Assembly: GCF_004010195.1 (NCBI RefSeq)
Contig: NC_057719.1
Coordinates: 71,614,800-71,678,799 of the forward strand
Length of the DNA stretch: 64,000 bases
Direction of reading: 5' to 3'
Origin: Chiloscyllium plagiosum
Lineage: Eukaryota
In this document: piece after piece, positions 35,780 to 49,429 of the stretch
Position numbering within the stretch: the stretch's first letter is position 1
Layout: each line of letters starts with the position of its first letter
Position numbers and translations under genes: made by a program
Notes under the pieces: model-generated
Told to the model about the DNA's origin: nothing
The model's database searches: none
The model's input: the letters and a program-made list of their open reading frames with translations, nothing else

Positions 35780-36680
35780 GGGGGAGTGGACCAGGTGTCC
35801 TGTGGAAGGTGGGCAAGGGAAGGGAAAGGAATATGTGTCTGGTGCTGGCATCCCGCTGAAGGTGACAGAAATGGCGGCTAATGATTCTCCGGATGTGGAC
35901 TGTTGGGATGATAGGTGAGGACAAGAAGAACCCTAATGCTGTTGCAGGAGGGAAGAGAGGGGGTGAAAGCTGAGATGCAGGAGATGGGTCAGACCTGGCT
36001 GAGGGTCCTGGTCAACAACGGTTCTGGGGACTCCCTGGTTGAGGAAGAAGGTGGACATTTCAGAGGGCCCCTTGTCAAAGTTGGCCTCATCTGAACAAAA
36101 TTGGCCTCATGGAAATGGAAGAACTGGGAGAACGGACTGGAGTCTTTATGGGAAGAAGGGTGTGAGGATGTATAGTCAAGGTAACTGTGGGAGTCAGTAA
36201 GTTGGTGTGGATATTGTCCATCCCCAGAAATGGAAACAGAGATGTTGAGGAAGGGAAGGGAGGAGTCTGAGATGGAACAGGTGAAAGTGAGGTGGGGTGG
36301 AAACTGGAGGTGAAATTGATAAAACGTTCCAATTCCAGATGAGAGAGGGAAGCAGCAATGATATCATCGACATACTGGAGAAAGAGTTGTGTGTGGGAGC
36401 CGGAATAGGACCGGAAGAAGGAATTATCCATATGCTCCAAGCATAACTGGAGCCCATGTGGGTACCCTTTGCCACCTTTCTGACCTGAAGTACGTGAGAA
36501 GAGTAAAAAAAAGTTGTTGAGTTTGAGGACGAGCTCAGCTTGGCGGAGAGGGGTGGTGGTGGGTGGGAACAGTTCAGGCCTTTGTTCCGGGAAGTAGCAG
36601 AGAGCACCGAGACCAACCTGATGGGGGATGGGAGAGTAAAGGGATTGCATGTCCATGGTAAAGAGGATGCAGATGGAAAT
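35780..36680 (-). mobile_element. Penelope-like reverse transcriptase fragment
   Basis: LFTMDMQSLYSPIPH, AELVLKLNNF, VAKGTHMGSSYA, FLQYVDDII. Confidence 0.88.
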
Positions 36681-37174
36681 TCTAAAACTGATGTAAAGCG
36701 TCAAAGGAATCGCCAAAGTGAAGTGTCAAAGAAATCGCGGAAGTTCCTGCAAATCAACATTTGCAAAATCAAGACAAGTTGTCATAGCTATAAGAAATCG
36801 GTAGAATTACTCAATTTCTACAAATATGATTTCCAAAAAATACTCCTCATGAAACTTTAAAATTTAATTTTTCTGCAATTACCGCCTTCATTATAAATAC
36901 AAAAAAATAAGATTTTCATCCCATTCTGCATCCAGCAATGATAAAATATGTTAAGAATATGGATAAAGACATTAAAACATTTAAATGGTGTTTGGATGCC
37001 ATTCCATGTGATTGAACAAAATGTCTTGAGAAATAATCTGTGGTATAAAGCTAAGCCACTGAATCCATATGTGAACGATATCTGATCATGGTCAAACATT
37101 CTTTCTAAGCTGTAAGCTGTTTGTTTCTTCACAGCATTAATACAGATGAATACACAAATGAAAAACTGATTTAA

Positions 37175-38268
37175 GACAAAACAAAGAATTGTGAATGGTG
37201 GAAATCTGAAAGGAAAACAGAAATTGCTGGAGAAACTCAGCAGGTCTGGCAGCATCGATGGAAGAAAGCAAAGTTAACATTTAGGATTCAGTGACCCTTC
37301 TTCAGAACTGATGGTAGTGAAGAAAAGGAGGTGGATATGCTGAAGATCAGAATGGGGGGGGGGGAGGGGGGGAGTGAGAGGAATATGTGTGAGGTGGAAA
37401 TGGTGTCCAGAGGCACAGAAAGACTATTAGGCAGACAAAGAGATAGATAACAGTGAGCCAAGGAGAAACAAAAGATGTGAATAGGGACCTTCAATGGGTG
37501 AAAATGGGTTGACTGTAATGAAAGCAGCCTGTGTGATAACAAAGCCTGGTGTGTGGGGGTTGGGGTAAGGACATGGAAGAGGCTGCTCAGGCCCTGGAAT
37601 TATTGAATTCAATATTGAGTCCTGATAGCTGCAGAGTCCCCAGGCAGAAACTGAGGTGCTGTTCTTCCAGCTTGTGCTAAGCTTCACTGGAGCACTGCAG
37701 CAAGCCTGAGATTGAGATGTTGGCCAGAGAACATAGTGGCATGTTGAGGTGGCAGGAAACTGAAAGCTCGGGGTCATTTCTGTGGACAGAACGTAAGTGC
37801 TCTGCAAAGTGGTCACCCAGTCTGCATTTCATCTCCCCAATACAGAGGAGAACACATTGTAAGCAGTTGCAACCTCCAGGACTCAATATCGAGTTCAATT
37901 ATTTTAGGGCCTGAGCACGTTCTTCCATGTCTTTTCCCAGCCCTACATTCCAGGCCCTGTCATACCATGGGTCACTTTCAGCACAGCCACCCCATTTTCA
38001 CGCACTAATGGTCCCTATTATCAGATTTTTTTTTCTCTCTCTCCATGAGTTTCCATTATCCATCCCTTGTTTGTTTTATTGTCTCTCTCTCCCTCTAGGT
38101 TCCATCTCCATCTATTGTGTACTCCAGCATCACACACCCCAACACCTGTCTTCAGCCCTTTTCCTCACTACTACCAGTTCTGAAGAAGAATGATCCGACT
38201 CAAAACATTAACACTGCTTTCTCCCAACAGATGCTGTTAGATCTGCTGAGTTTCTCCAGCAAATTCTG
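37175..38268 (-). mobile_element. Penelope-like GIY-YIG 3' fragment with inverted duplicate of its 3' end
   Basis: LLCIGEMKCRLGDHFAEHLRSV; 37870-38268 is an inverted copy of about 37220-37630. Confidence 0.82.
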
Positions 38269-39869
38269 GTACAGTTCTAAGATACTTTAACAGTCAATAA
38301 AACTTTGTAAAATGCATACATTCAATGCAAAATTCTATAGCTGAAAACCCAGCTTCTGTAACGTAAGCAGAGAAGGATGATAAGGTGGAAGTTGGCCACT
38401 CACCACCTATCTTAGCATGGTTTAAAAAACCATTATCGCTGCAAGCTTGTTGTCGTGGAATATTAGCAAGATACTGTAGATGCTGATACATACTTTTGCA
38501 GCACCTCAAATCTGTTACAAAGAAAGTCTGCAGTTCTGGCAGCATCCGAGTGAAGAGGTCACACTAGACTCGAAATGATAACTCTGTTTCTCTCCACAGA
38601 TGCTGAGTTTGTCTCGGATTCTCTGTGTTATATATGAGTCCCTGATATCTGAATACCCTTCAAAGATTGCCGAAATGTGCAAAGTGCTTTTGTTAGAACT
38701 TGGTCATTAATAAAGATGTTTTGCAAAAGTTTTAGGAAACACAGTCTCTCAATTTTCCAGCTTAACCTTCTGTAAATTTTTGTACACTCTATGTTTTAAT
38801 CAAGGAATCAACTTAAGTTGTTCTCTTAATGTATAGCTCCACCTCTTTAAACAACTCTTTCATTGCCCACATTACTTGTCACTATTCTACCTTCATCAGG
38901 GAGGGATTGTGTGGGTAGGACATAGGTGTTACCAAGACTGTCATCTCTGAATGTTTATCATGTTTTGTTTTGTTATTTCTGAAATGAACCACACAGAGGT
39001 TTTCCATCCTGTAGACTGGATAAAAATTGGAATTGTTGAATGGTTCAAATGCCAGAACAATTTCAATTTTGGTCTTGTGGCAAAACAAATGCTTTGATTT
39101 CCTTGAACATTCTGTGACTGGACAAAATAAATGTACTTATAAAACATTTCAATTCACAGGGATTGGAAACTGGTAAACCTGAACACCTTTGTGGAAAACT
39201 GACCTGTGTCAAAATCCTTACAAGGAGTCAGTCTGAACATTTAATCAATCAGTAATAGCCCTAAGCATCTGCATGTTTTCTTTCCTATTTTCCAGTAGTG
39301 GACAAAGGCACACTGTGGGGAAAGGCTTGAAATGAAATGCTGATGTAATGGGTGATTCAGATTTTCCACATGAGGCTGTGTAAGGGTAAGTCAAATTACA
39401 GGAATGTAGAGTTATGGTGAAAACACTAGATTCAGAAAAACTGCATAACCTGCAGCCTACTGGGGCATCAGCTTCATACAATTGCTTTCACTGTTTCAAA
39501 CTTCACTTCTAAACATTGCATGTGAATGAGTTGGTTTAATGTTGCTTTGTTCACATGGTATTGATTTATTTGCAATATTGTCAGCATATGAACTATAATC
39601 CCATCCCTTTCTGATGGAATAGCTTAATGATGGGCAACGTCAATGCAATTTGAACTTTTAGGCAATTTTTGTAACTGCAAGAGTTGCTGCAGACATTGTT
39701 TCTGCTAAAACACAGTCTAATGTATTGAAAGAGACAGGATATAGTTGAGGTGCTGCTCAATATACACACTGTCATGTTTGACGAGGTTAACAAACTAAAA
39801 CCTATCAAGCACAAACCAAATTAAAACATTAAGCTCCATTGACATCCAGCTCATAAGTATTAATAATAA

Positions 39870-40215
39870 AATAATGAGAGGCATGGATAGGATAAATAGA
39901 CAAGGTCTTTTCCCCAGGATGGGGGAGTCCAAAACTAGAGGGCATAGATTTAAGGTGAGAGGGGAAAGATTTAAAAGGGACCTAAAGTTCAGCTTTTTCA
40001 TGTAGAGGATGGTGTGTGTGTGGAATGAGCTGCCAGAGGAAATGGTTGAGGCTGGTACAATTTCAACATTTAAAAGCCATCTAGATGGATAGGAAGGATT
40101 TAGAAGGATATGGGCTAAATGTTGGCAATTGGGACTAGATATATTTAGGATATCTAGTTGGCCTGGACAAGTTGAGCGGAAGGATCTGTTTCCATGCTAT
40201 ATATCTTTATGACTC
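39870..40215 (+). mobile_element. CR1-type LINE 3' end
   Basis: aaaataatgagaggcatggatagg...actagagggcatagatttaaggtgag...tggaatgagctgccagagg...tctgtttccatgct. Confidence 0.85.
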
Positions 40216-41744
40216 GAACTCAGTACAGCATGATAAATAATTATATTCCCCACTCAAATATGTGATGGATTAAAATTGCAATCCCCAAACGAGAAATATT
40301 ATTTTACCAGTTATTTTATGGGATGTGGATATTGTTGGCAAGGCCAGCACATTTATTGTCTTTTCCCACTTGAGAAGGTGATGGTGAGCTGTCTTCTTGA
40401 ACCATTGCAGCCCATCTGGTTTAGGTTCGCACACAATGCTACAGGAGAGGCAGTTCCAGAAACCAGAGACAGAGAGAAGGAGCATGACATAGTTTCAAGT
40501 CATGATGGTGAGTGGCTTAGAGAGAAATTTGCAGGCAGTTGGATGCTCATGCATCCATTGTCCTTGCCTTTCAAGTGACAAAGGTCATTGATTTAGTAAG
40601 GTGCTATAAAAGCAGTCTTCATGAATTGCAGGATACATCTTGTATATGATGCCACTGTATATCAGTCTTGAAGGGAGGTAAATGTTGATGGTGGTGGACT
40701 GGGGGCTAATGAAGTAGGCTGCTTTGTCTAGGATGGTATCAGCTTCTTGAGTATTGTTGGAGCTGCACTTATCTGAGTAAGTATCCTAACACCCTCCTGA
40801 GTCATGCCTCGTAAATGATGGGACAGGCTTTGGGGAGTCATAGTCATAGAGTCATAGAGATGTACGGCATGGAAACAGACCGTTCAGTCAGAAAATGAGT
40901 TTCTTGCCACAGCTTCTGACCTGTTCTTGTAGCTACAATATTTATGGGGCTAATTCAGTTCAGTTTCTGGTCAGCAATAAACTGCAGCACGTTGATCGTG
41001 GGGTTATAATGACAGTATTGTGATAGAATGTTAGGGAGCCATGGTTACACCTTTCCTTCTTGGAGATGGCTAGTGCTTGCCCTTGATGAGCTGAGAATGT
41101 AACTACATGTTGTCCAGTTCGCAGTAAACAGACCACTTCTATTGGTTTGATGGAGGATAGTCATTAATGAAGTCAATGTGGATGGGCTACAACACTACTC
41201 TGAGCAACACCAGCCAAACTATCCTGAAATTAAGATGATTGACCTCCAACATCAGTGACAGGCTACCCTTGTGTTAGGTATGATTTCAACCAGAGGAGAG
41301 TTTCCTTCCCAATTCCCATTAATTTCATTTTTGGCAGCAATTCAGACATGTACACTTGGTCAAATGCTGCCTCGTTGTCTAGGCAGTTACTCTCATCTCA
41401 CATCTGGAAATCAGTTCTGTTGTCGATGTTTGAACCAAAATAAGGGCAGGAATGAAGTAACTTGGGCTAAACCCAAATGAAGCATCAGTGAACAGGACAT
41501 TGTTGTGTAAGTGCCACCTGATTGCACTGCTTACAACACCTTCCATCACTAATTGAGAGGAGGCAGAAGAGTAGCAATTTGCTGAGTTGATTTTTCCTAC
41601 ATTTTGTGTAAAGGCCATAACCGGGCAGTTTACCAGATTTTTGGATAGATTCCAGTTTTGTAGCTGCACTGGAACAGCTTGGCTCGGGGTATAGCATGTT
41701 CGGGAGTATAGATCTTCAGTACAATTCCTTGATTATTATCAGAG

Positions 41745-42324
41745 TATTGTGGACCAGGCCAAAATATTTCAAGAAGTTAGCCCAGACCCTAATCTTTCCT
41801 TATTTTAAAGGTAGATGTGAAGTGGATGTTCCAGGTGTGATGCAGCTGGTCAAACCACTCAGCTTTAAGCAAAACAGAATTTATTTCAACAGTACAGTTG
41901 AAATACCAACAAAAGAAAACAGAATTTAAAATGACTTAACTGTTTGAAATTTGAACCGACTCGATACTGCAACTTAACTAAGGAACTGCCTCAATTCCCA
42001 CAACATCCCATAAATATACCCCTTGGCAAAAGGTAAATTCAAACACTGGTTCTTACAGGCAGGAGAGATTTCAGAGAGAAAAGTCAGCCAGGGATCATCT
42101 GCTGAAGTATGGAACCTTTTCTCTGCAGCAGCCTCTTTGCCTGCTACTAGCAGTTTCTCTGCTAAAACTAAACTAGAAAAACTTGAACTGGGAGAACTGG
42201 CCACTCCCCTGCCATTCACAAGCTTGGCTCTTTCCAAGATATTTCGGCAACCCTGCCTTTACAACCTCTCTTAAGAAAAAACTGAAGGACAAAGCAGCCT
42301 TGTTAAAGTGACAGCATTGTCACA
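41745..42324 (-). mobile_element. Solo LTR-like element with 4-bp TSD
   Basis: AGAG at 41741-41744 and 42325-42328; ends tgtcaca; LINE sequence resumes on both sides. Confidence 0.65.
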
Positions 42325-43159
42325 AGAGCACATAGCCTTTGAGTATTCAGTGCCTTCAGCCATTTCTAGATATTAATGGAATGAATCAAATTGGCTGAAC
42401 ATTGGCCCCAGTGATGCTGGGGACCTCTGGAGGAGGCCGAGGTGGATCATCAACTCAGCACTTCCAGCTGACGTTTGTTGCAAAGTAAATCTGTTGCACT
42501 GATGTGCTGGACTCTCCCATTAATGAGAACTGAGATATTTGTGGCACCTCCTCCATCAGTTAGTTCAGCACCATTCACGGCTAGACTAGCAGGATTGAAG
42601 ATCAGATCTACTGGTGATGCGATTGCTTAGCTTAGTTTATGACATGATGATTCCACTGATTGGCATGCAAGTTTTGTTCTGGAATTTCACCGGGTTTAAA
42701 TCTCATTTTTTGATGGATGTTAGGTGCTGCTGCTAGCATGTCCTCACATACCCCTCAAAGAACTAGAATTGTAACCATTTGCTTAGTGAGGGATATGGAC
42801 CATGAGGTTACCGATTGTGGTAGTTGAATGCAATTCTGCTGCTGTTGATTGCCGACAGCACCTCATAGATATCCAGTTTTGCCATGCAAAATCTGTTCTG
42901 AATCTATTCCAATTAGCATGGTGGTTGTGTCACACAACATCATGGAGGGTATACTCAGTGTGGAGATCCCATATTTTAACAAGGACTGTGTGATGGCCAT
43001 TCCATCCTACAGTGTGAAAGACAGATGTATCTGTGACAAGTAAAAAGATGAAGATGTGATCCAGTACATTTTTACTCCCTGTTGGTTCCCTCACCACCTC
43101 TGCAGATCCAGTCTAGCAGGATGCAGCCAGTTTGCTTGCTACAATGCTACTCTTGGTGA

Positions 43160-43325
43160 TAGAATCAAAGAATCATGGAATTCCTACAGTATGGAAACAG
43201 GCTATTTGGCCCAGCAAGTCTACATCGACCCTCTGAAGAGTAACCCATCCAGACCCATTCCCCTACCCTATTACTCTACATTTACCTCTGACTAATACAC
43301 CTACCATATACATCCCTGAACACTA
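43160..43325 (-). mobile_element. SINE 3' fragment (HE1-like)
   Basis: Matches 13275-13400. Confidence 0.8.
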
Positions 43326-44299
43326 GAGATTGAAGCCTCCTACACAGTGAATTCAGCACTCCTGCCACCCTCAGTACCTCTTCCGAAGGATATTTGACAT
43401 GGAGGAGTACTGATTCCTCAGCTGAGGGAGGGTAATAGATGATAATCAGTAGGAGTTCCCTTGACCGTGTTTGCCCTAACTATGTTCTTTTATGCATGAT
43501 GAATGCTAGAACTGAGAACATTGTTGTGTATGTTCTGATTGAAAGCTCAACCATCCCCATTAATTCAAGATGCCTTTCACAGCATGTTACCTAAGATAAT
43601 GACCAGGAATGATCTATGACTCGCAAGTAATAAAGACTTCGATTTTAAAATCATGGTTTCAAATCATGAGTCCATCTGATAAATAAAATGCACTTAATAT
43701 TTGGTGCTATTTTTCCTTCATTCTCAGTGGTTCAGAGAGTGGCTGAACCTCAAGAAATTCCCACTTTTAATTCTTGCTCAGCGATCAAATGCTAACCAAT
43801 ACAATGATGGGGTTACTGTAATTGGCCTTGGTGCTTAAAAACAATATTACAGATAGGAAAAATGGAATTTCGGGCCTTCTTCAGACAGGACTGTCATTCC
43901 AAGTTGATCAGACAGGTTTGCATGCTGAGGTTAGTCCTGGGGATCCGCTTACTGGAAGTTGAGTGGTTAATAGGAGCCAAGGCATGGTAGGGAAGCTGGG
44001 GAAGTGAACTCGTGGAAATTTGCAAGATAAGTGGGTAGCAGAGGGGCCTATAATTGTGAAGGGATGTAACTTACCTTGGGAAGGTAGAAAGTAGTGGGGG
44101 ATGTGGATATTGTAGGATGGGGAGGTGGGGGAGCAGATGGGGGAGGTGTGTAGTGAGGTGCTTATTGACAGTCACCACCACCTTACCATTGACAGGGTCA
44201 ACAGTGTAGCAAGGTTGGAATGACTAGGCTCAGGGTGTAATGTTAAGAAATGAAGATATTTACGATAGAGTTGATTGTGAACATATGGAAACTCCAAAA

Positions 44300-44800
44300 T
44301 GTTGAGAATGCCACATCAAAACAGGGATAACTTCATCAACAGGAAAGGTTTTCATTTGGTCAATATCCAACTCATCTACGATCATTGATATCACATCTCA
44401 GAAGTTTGCGCCAGGAATCTTGTAAGCTGCCATGGTGCCTATTTCCTTGAGAATTCTCAAGTTCCTGCTTTGTTCCATGAGCTGGATGCATTACAAGCAT
44501 GGTTACTTGGAAATGAGAGCTAACCTCTGCAACCATGTGATGACTCTGATGCACAAATCACTGAATGAGGCTGACTGTAAACACAATGCAGCCCGTTTTG
44601 CCAGCAGGGTCATTGTGGAGCAGACGATGTTCCAATGCATGGATTGGTCTGTTGTTGGCTACTGCAATACTGTCCAGGCTGAGTGTGCTGTATAGTCCTA
44701 ACATGCTACACTCTGCACAATTGGTTCAGGCAAAGGGGAAATGTGATGATTGCTGTGGAGCTGGGAGGGCAGGAGCAGTCTTTTGGGGAGGAAGATGAGG
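44300..44800 (+). mobile_element. PIF/Harbinger (HARBI1-like) transposase remnant
   Basis: NFINRKGFHLVNIQLIYDH, SCHGAYFL, HNAARFASRVIVEQT, CCIVLTCYTLHN. Confidence 0.85.
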
Positions 44801-44929
44801 ACACTGCAGAGGAGAACATCACCTTCATGCTGATAGAGCGATGCAGCATCAGATGCAAAAAGCCAGGCAGCATAGAATTGAAATCCAACAATATATTATC
44901 TAATAGAGAAATATCGCAAATCCTAACCC

Positions 44930-45480
44930 GAACAGTACAGAAAGATCTGTGTGTTCTGATACATTAATCACAAAGAGTTGGTATGCAGGTAAGGCAAGGA
45001 ATTACAAAGGCAAATGGATTATTGTTGACTAATGGAAAGGAAACGGAATATAAAAATATGAGAAGTTTAGCTACAACTGCCTCAGAGGTTGGTGAGACTA
45101 CATCTGGAGTCATGTTTTGAGGTTTAATCTCAAAAAAAAATGTCCTAGAGGCATTAAGAGAAGTTCTAAGATGTCTCCTGGGTTGAATGGGTTATCCTAT
45201 TAGGAAAGGTTGGGCCTGTATCCATTGAAGTTTAGAAAACGGAGAGGTGACCTTATTGAAACATAAAAGATTTTGAGGGGAACTGACTGAGGGTGGATGC
45301 CAAGAGGATGTTGCCCTTTGATGGGAGAGAGTAAAAATAATGGATACAGTTTAAAAACAAGCGATCTCCCATTTAAGACCTTGATGAGGAGGTTTGTTTT
45401 TTCTGAGTGTCATTTGTCTGTTGAATTCTCTTCTAGACGACAGCGGAGGTTGGGTTGTTGAATATTTTTATGGAGAAGTT
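44930..45480 (+). mobile_element. Decayed CR1-type LINE 3' region
   Basis: aaagatctgtgtgttctgatac...ggtgagactacatctggagt...gagaggtgaccttattgaaaca. Confidence 0.7.
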
Positions 45481-45939
45481 GGCCTGAAAATTAGCACAGC
45501 AGTCGATTAATTATGCCATCAAGAGGAAAGCCATTCAGTGGATGGAGTTTAAACTGACAGAAAGGAAAATGGTCAAGACTGTTAAAGGTCAACAATCACT
45601 GCATGAGTTTCTTAAGCAAATGTTCCAGGTCCCAACCTCTTTAGTTGCTTCATAGATTTTTCTTCCATCACGATCAAGAGTGTATCTATTCACTTCTGAT
45701 TCCAAGGTTTTAATCTCTATTCATGGTATTGCCGAATACTCTCCAGCAGGACCTGAGCAACACCCGCTCTTTGACAGTAAACAAGTAGTAGATCATTTCC
45801 ATGCCACATAATAAGATAACAGTCTTAATAACATGAAAAGGTCCACCCACATTTTTTATTACTTTGAACACTCATTATGAATTAGAAACTTATTAGATGA
45901 TGCACAACAAAACAAAAACAGAGAGGATAGGGTTAAAGG

Positions 45940-46595
45940 GCAGGAGAATCGACGTTTCGGGAATAAGCCCTTCTTCAGGAATGAGGCTGGTGTGCCAAGC
46001 GGGCTGAGATAAAAGATACTCTGCGAGGAGGCGTCCAGTGTCCCCAATGTAGAGGAGACTGCATCGGAAGCAACGGATACAATAAGTGATATTGGTGGAA
46101 GTGCAGGTGAAACTTTGATGGATGTGTAAGGCTCCTTTGGGGCCTTGGATGGAGGTGAGGGAGGAGGTGATGGCTTCCACTTCAAGCCCAGAGCATCAAT
46201 GTGGATTTCACCAGTTTTCTCATTTCCCATCCCCCCATCTTACCCCAGTTCCATCCTTCCAGGTCAGCACTGTCTCCATGACCTGTCCTACGTATCAATC
46301 TCCCTTCCCACCTATCACCTTCATCCCCCACCTCCATTCACCCATTGTACTCTTTGCTACCTTCCCCCCCCCTCCCCTCTGACCTATCACCTTTATCCCC
46401 ACTTCCATCCACCTACTGCACTCTCAGCTACCTTTTATCTCAGCCCGCTTGGCACACCAGCCTCATTCCTGAAGAAGGGCTTATTCCCGAAACGTCGATT
46501 CTTCTGCTCCTCGGATGCTGCCTGGCCTGCTGTGTTTTTCCAGCACCACATTTTTCAACTCTGGTACTCCAGCATCTGCAGTCCTGACTTTCTCC
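45940..46595. mobile_element. Rearranged Penelope-like element with inverted terminal repeats and two intact hammerhead cores
   Basis: 45940-46015 is the reverse complement of 46432-46507; minus-strand FTCTSTNITYCIRCFRCSLLYIGDTGR (GIY-YIG). Confidence 0.88.
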
Positions 46596-47779
46596 TAGAA
46601 CAGGGTTAAACATGAACATTGAATGGTGAGTGGCTTACTTTCCTTAAACCGTCTCCAATATCTATAATGTTCAAAACTGTGATGAAATTCCTGCTACTCA
46701 CCTGGATTTTTATAGCTACTATAATAAAACTCAAGAAGCCCACCAGATCCTAGAATAGTGCAGTCTCTTTTACTAGTGCCCTTGCTTCTGAAGTTGGCCA
46801 AATAGCAAATGAGCAGACGCAAGAGGCAGGTTCAGTGAGGCCAAGGGGCAAGACCAGAGTCGGACATATTAGAAGAGAACATACATCGAGCAGCTAACAT
46901 AAAAGGGCCTGCATCTCACCTGTCAGTCAATTCTGAAAGGTATCCTGCACTGACAACCTCATATCACAACCAGACTCTCGAACTGACCTACTCTGTATAA
47001 CTTCAGACACGGTTGGCTGCTTAACAAACCATGGGAAGGAGCATTGTTGTACTTATTTCTTAACTGAACACCTTCATTATTCTCTGCAAACAATAGTTTA
47101 ATTATGAAGATATGCAATGTAAATTACATATTGTCTCATGATTGCCTCATGATTTCTAATGACTTCATGTTGAACACTGGAAGAGAATTCACTAAATTTG
47201 TTGAGTGTCTTTTTAAAAAGTTACACTTTTATAGCTACTACAATAAAGCTCAAGAAATCCACCAGGTCCCCAGAATAGTGTAGTCTCTTTAAACTTTTTA
47301 ACATTTAAAAAAAATTCTTCTACAGGATATGGACGTGGCTGGCTATAAGCCAGCATTTATTGCCCATTCTTAACTGTACTTGAGAAAGTGGAGGTGCTCC
47401 ACCTTTTGAATCACTGTAGTCCATGTGGTGTAGGTGCATGCATGGCCTACAAAGCATTGGTGGTTATTCAATTTGCCAGTTCAATAATTATTAAATATTT
47501 TAATTAATCAGCCAGCAAAGTCGATTCTTTCTTGCTTGAGCTTTTCACATGATAAATTAGGCTGCTGCATTAATTCACAACAGAATATTAATTATCTCAA
47601 AATTCCAGCAGCAAACGAGCAATTCACCAACAATTCGTGTTGGCGTTTATCTTTTACTAATTGTACTAACACTTCCAATTCTAATGATATCGTGATTAAG
47701 AATTGTTTCATCGTATTTTTGTAACACAAAAGCAACTGAGTGGAAAATCATTGATGATAGTGTTTCAGCAAAGTACTAC

Positions 47780-48870
47780 AAAATGAAAAAGTATTTAAAA
47801 TAGGATCATGCTAACATTGCAAATAATACAGCTTAAGCCATAGACAGAGTTGAATTCAATAGCAAGAATCAAATGAAGAATGGAAAGTAAGAGAGTTATT
47901 TAAAATTTGAATTGACAGAGCTCAGTGATGGATGGTGACAGTAGGTTGTGTGCCCACAGGTTTTATTCAACAATGCAATGACATTTGAAAACTATACATC
48001 ACTTCACAACAAAGAATCCGAAATCAGAAAGATACAATCACAGATTTCTTTTTAACAAGGAAATAATACAAGTGTCAGAAAACTCAAATGAAAATGCAAT
48101 GTCGGTTCCAGAATAGGCACTGAAATATTTGCTTCACATGAAGATATTAACTGGTTATCTTGTAGCAGATAACTAAGATGGGTTTAAATCTTCATTAGAT
48201 ATTGCTGTTATTTCTTTGTGTACAATCTTGCATTTGCTGAAAATGTCTTTGATTAATTATGAATAGATTTTATTGCTGATACATTAAAATTTGTTAAATC
48301 AATCTATCAATATAAAGAGGCAACATAAGTATTCACAGTGTGTGAGAAGATTTAGAAAAGAAATTAGGATTTCAGACATGCTCTCATTACTGACTGAGTT
48401 TCTGGATGCAAACACAATGACAGTTGACTATGTGAAAGAAAGGATCATTGCTCATTTTGCAATGTTGGCAGAGTATTTCAGTGTTCTTTTTTGAAAGATA
48501 AACACAGATGAGTATGACTGGGTTCAGAATCCATTTTTAACATTTGTTACATCACCTAGCTGCCCAAGTGAAGTGCAAGAGGAATTGGTGAAACAGTCCA
48601 GTTTCCACTCACTGCGAATTAAGTTTTGTTAACAAACATTTTCCTGGGTTTTGGCCATCTGTTGATGTGGTGGATCCAGAATGGGTAAAAGAAGCAATGG
48701 AACTGTTGCTACATTTCCTATCATTTGCATTTGTGAAACATCATTTTCTGCGAAGGCAGCAATGAATACAAAGTACAGATCCCATCTGGGAGTGAAGAAT
48801 GATTTACGAGTGTCATTGTCAAACATCACACCAAGGATAGACAGCCATGAGAAATAGCATACACATCTTA
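47780..48870 (+). mobile_element. hAT (Buster/Charlie-type) transposase remnant
   Basis: ESYLKF near 47890, DEYDWVQNPF, CETSFSAKAAMNTKYRSHLGVKNDLRVSLSNITPRID (hAT dimerisation domain). Confidence 0.82.
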
Positions 48871-49429
48871 CTGATATCTATGAATAAATACCATTCTTTT
48901 AACAAAAGCATTACTAAAATTTCTTACATGTGAAACTTCCATGTTATGATTAACATAGAGAATTATAATTTGGATCAGGGTTCTTGATTTTGAATCCATT
49001 TGAAAAGGTGAGAGAACCATTAATTTATTGGGTGCACTGCATGAATACATCAAAATTTATTCAACAGCAGCTCCCAACTTCACCATGGAGAAAACAATTG
49101 CAGCAAGTTCATGTGAACTTTACTATCTTCAATTACTTGTTAAAGCTCACCGCTATCCCAACAGGGACACATTATTGTTCGCTGGATGAGACAAAATTGT
49201 GCAATTTCCAATCTAACACCACACAGCCACTCTGGCCTCAATGTCAGAAATTAAGGAGAAAGCAATAGATGATTACAAATGTGTGGCTTAACCAGCGTGA
49301 AAACAGAAACAAAATGGGCATCACAATTGGAACACAAAAGTAAAATCCTGCCGGTGTTGGAAAGCTGAGATATTGGGTTGAATTTTCCCAGTCCCTGAAC
49401 AACCATTCAGTTAAAAAAGCATAGCTTGA

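Larger units (their letters stand above)
40310..43480 (-). mobile_element. Long decayed CR1/L2-group LINE (same family as 18960-20420) with nested inserts
   Basis: Starts ggccagcacatttattgtc...ttgagaaggtgatggtgagc (reverse of 20323-20400); colinear with 57980-59690. Confidence 0.65.

Noticed and set aside
44300..44800. Domesticated HARBI1 gene (also ZBED-type gene at 47780-48870)
   Set aside because: Multiple stops and frameshifts; consistent with decayed transposon copies
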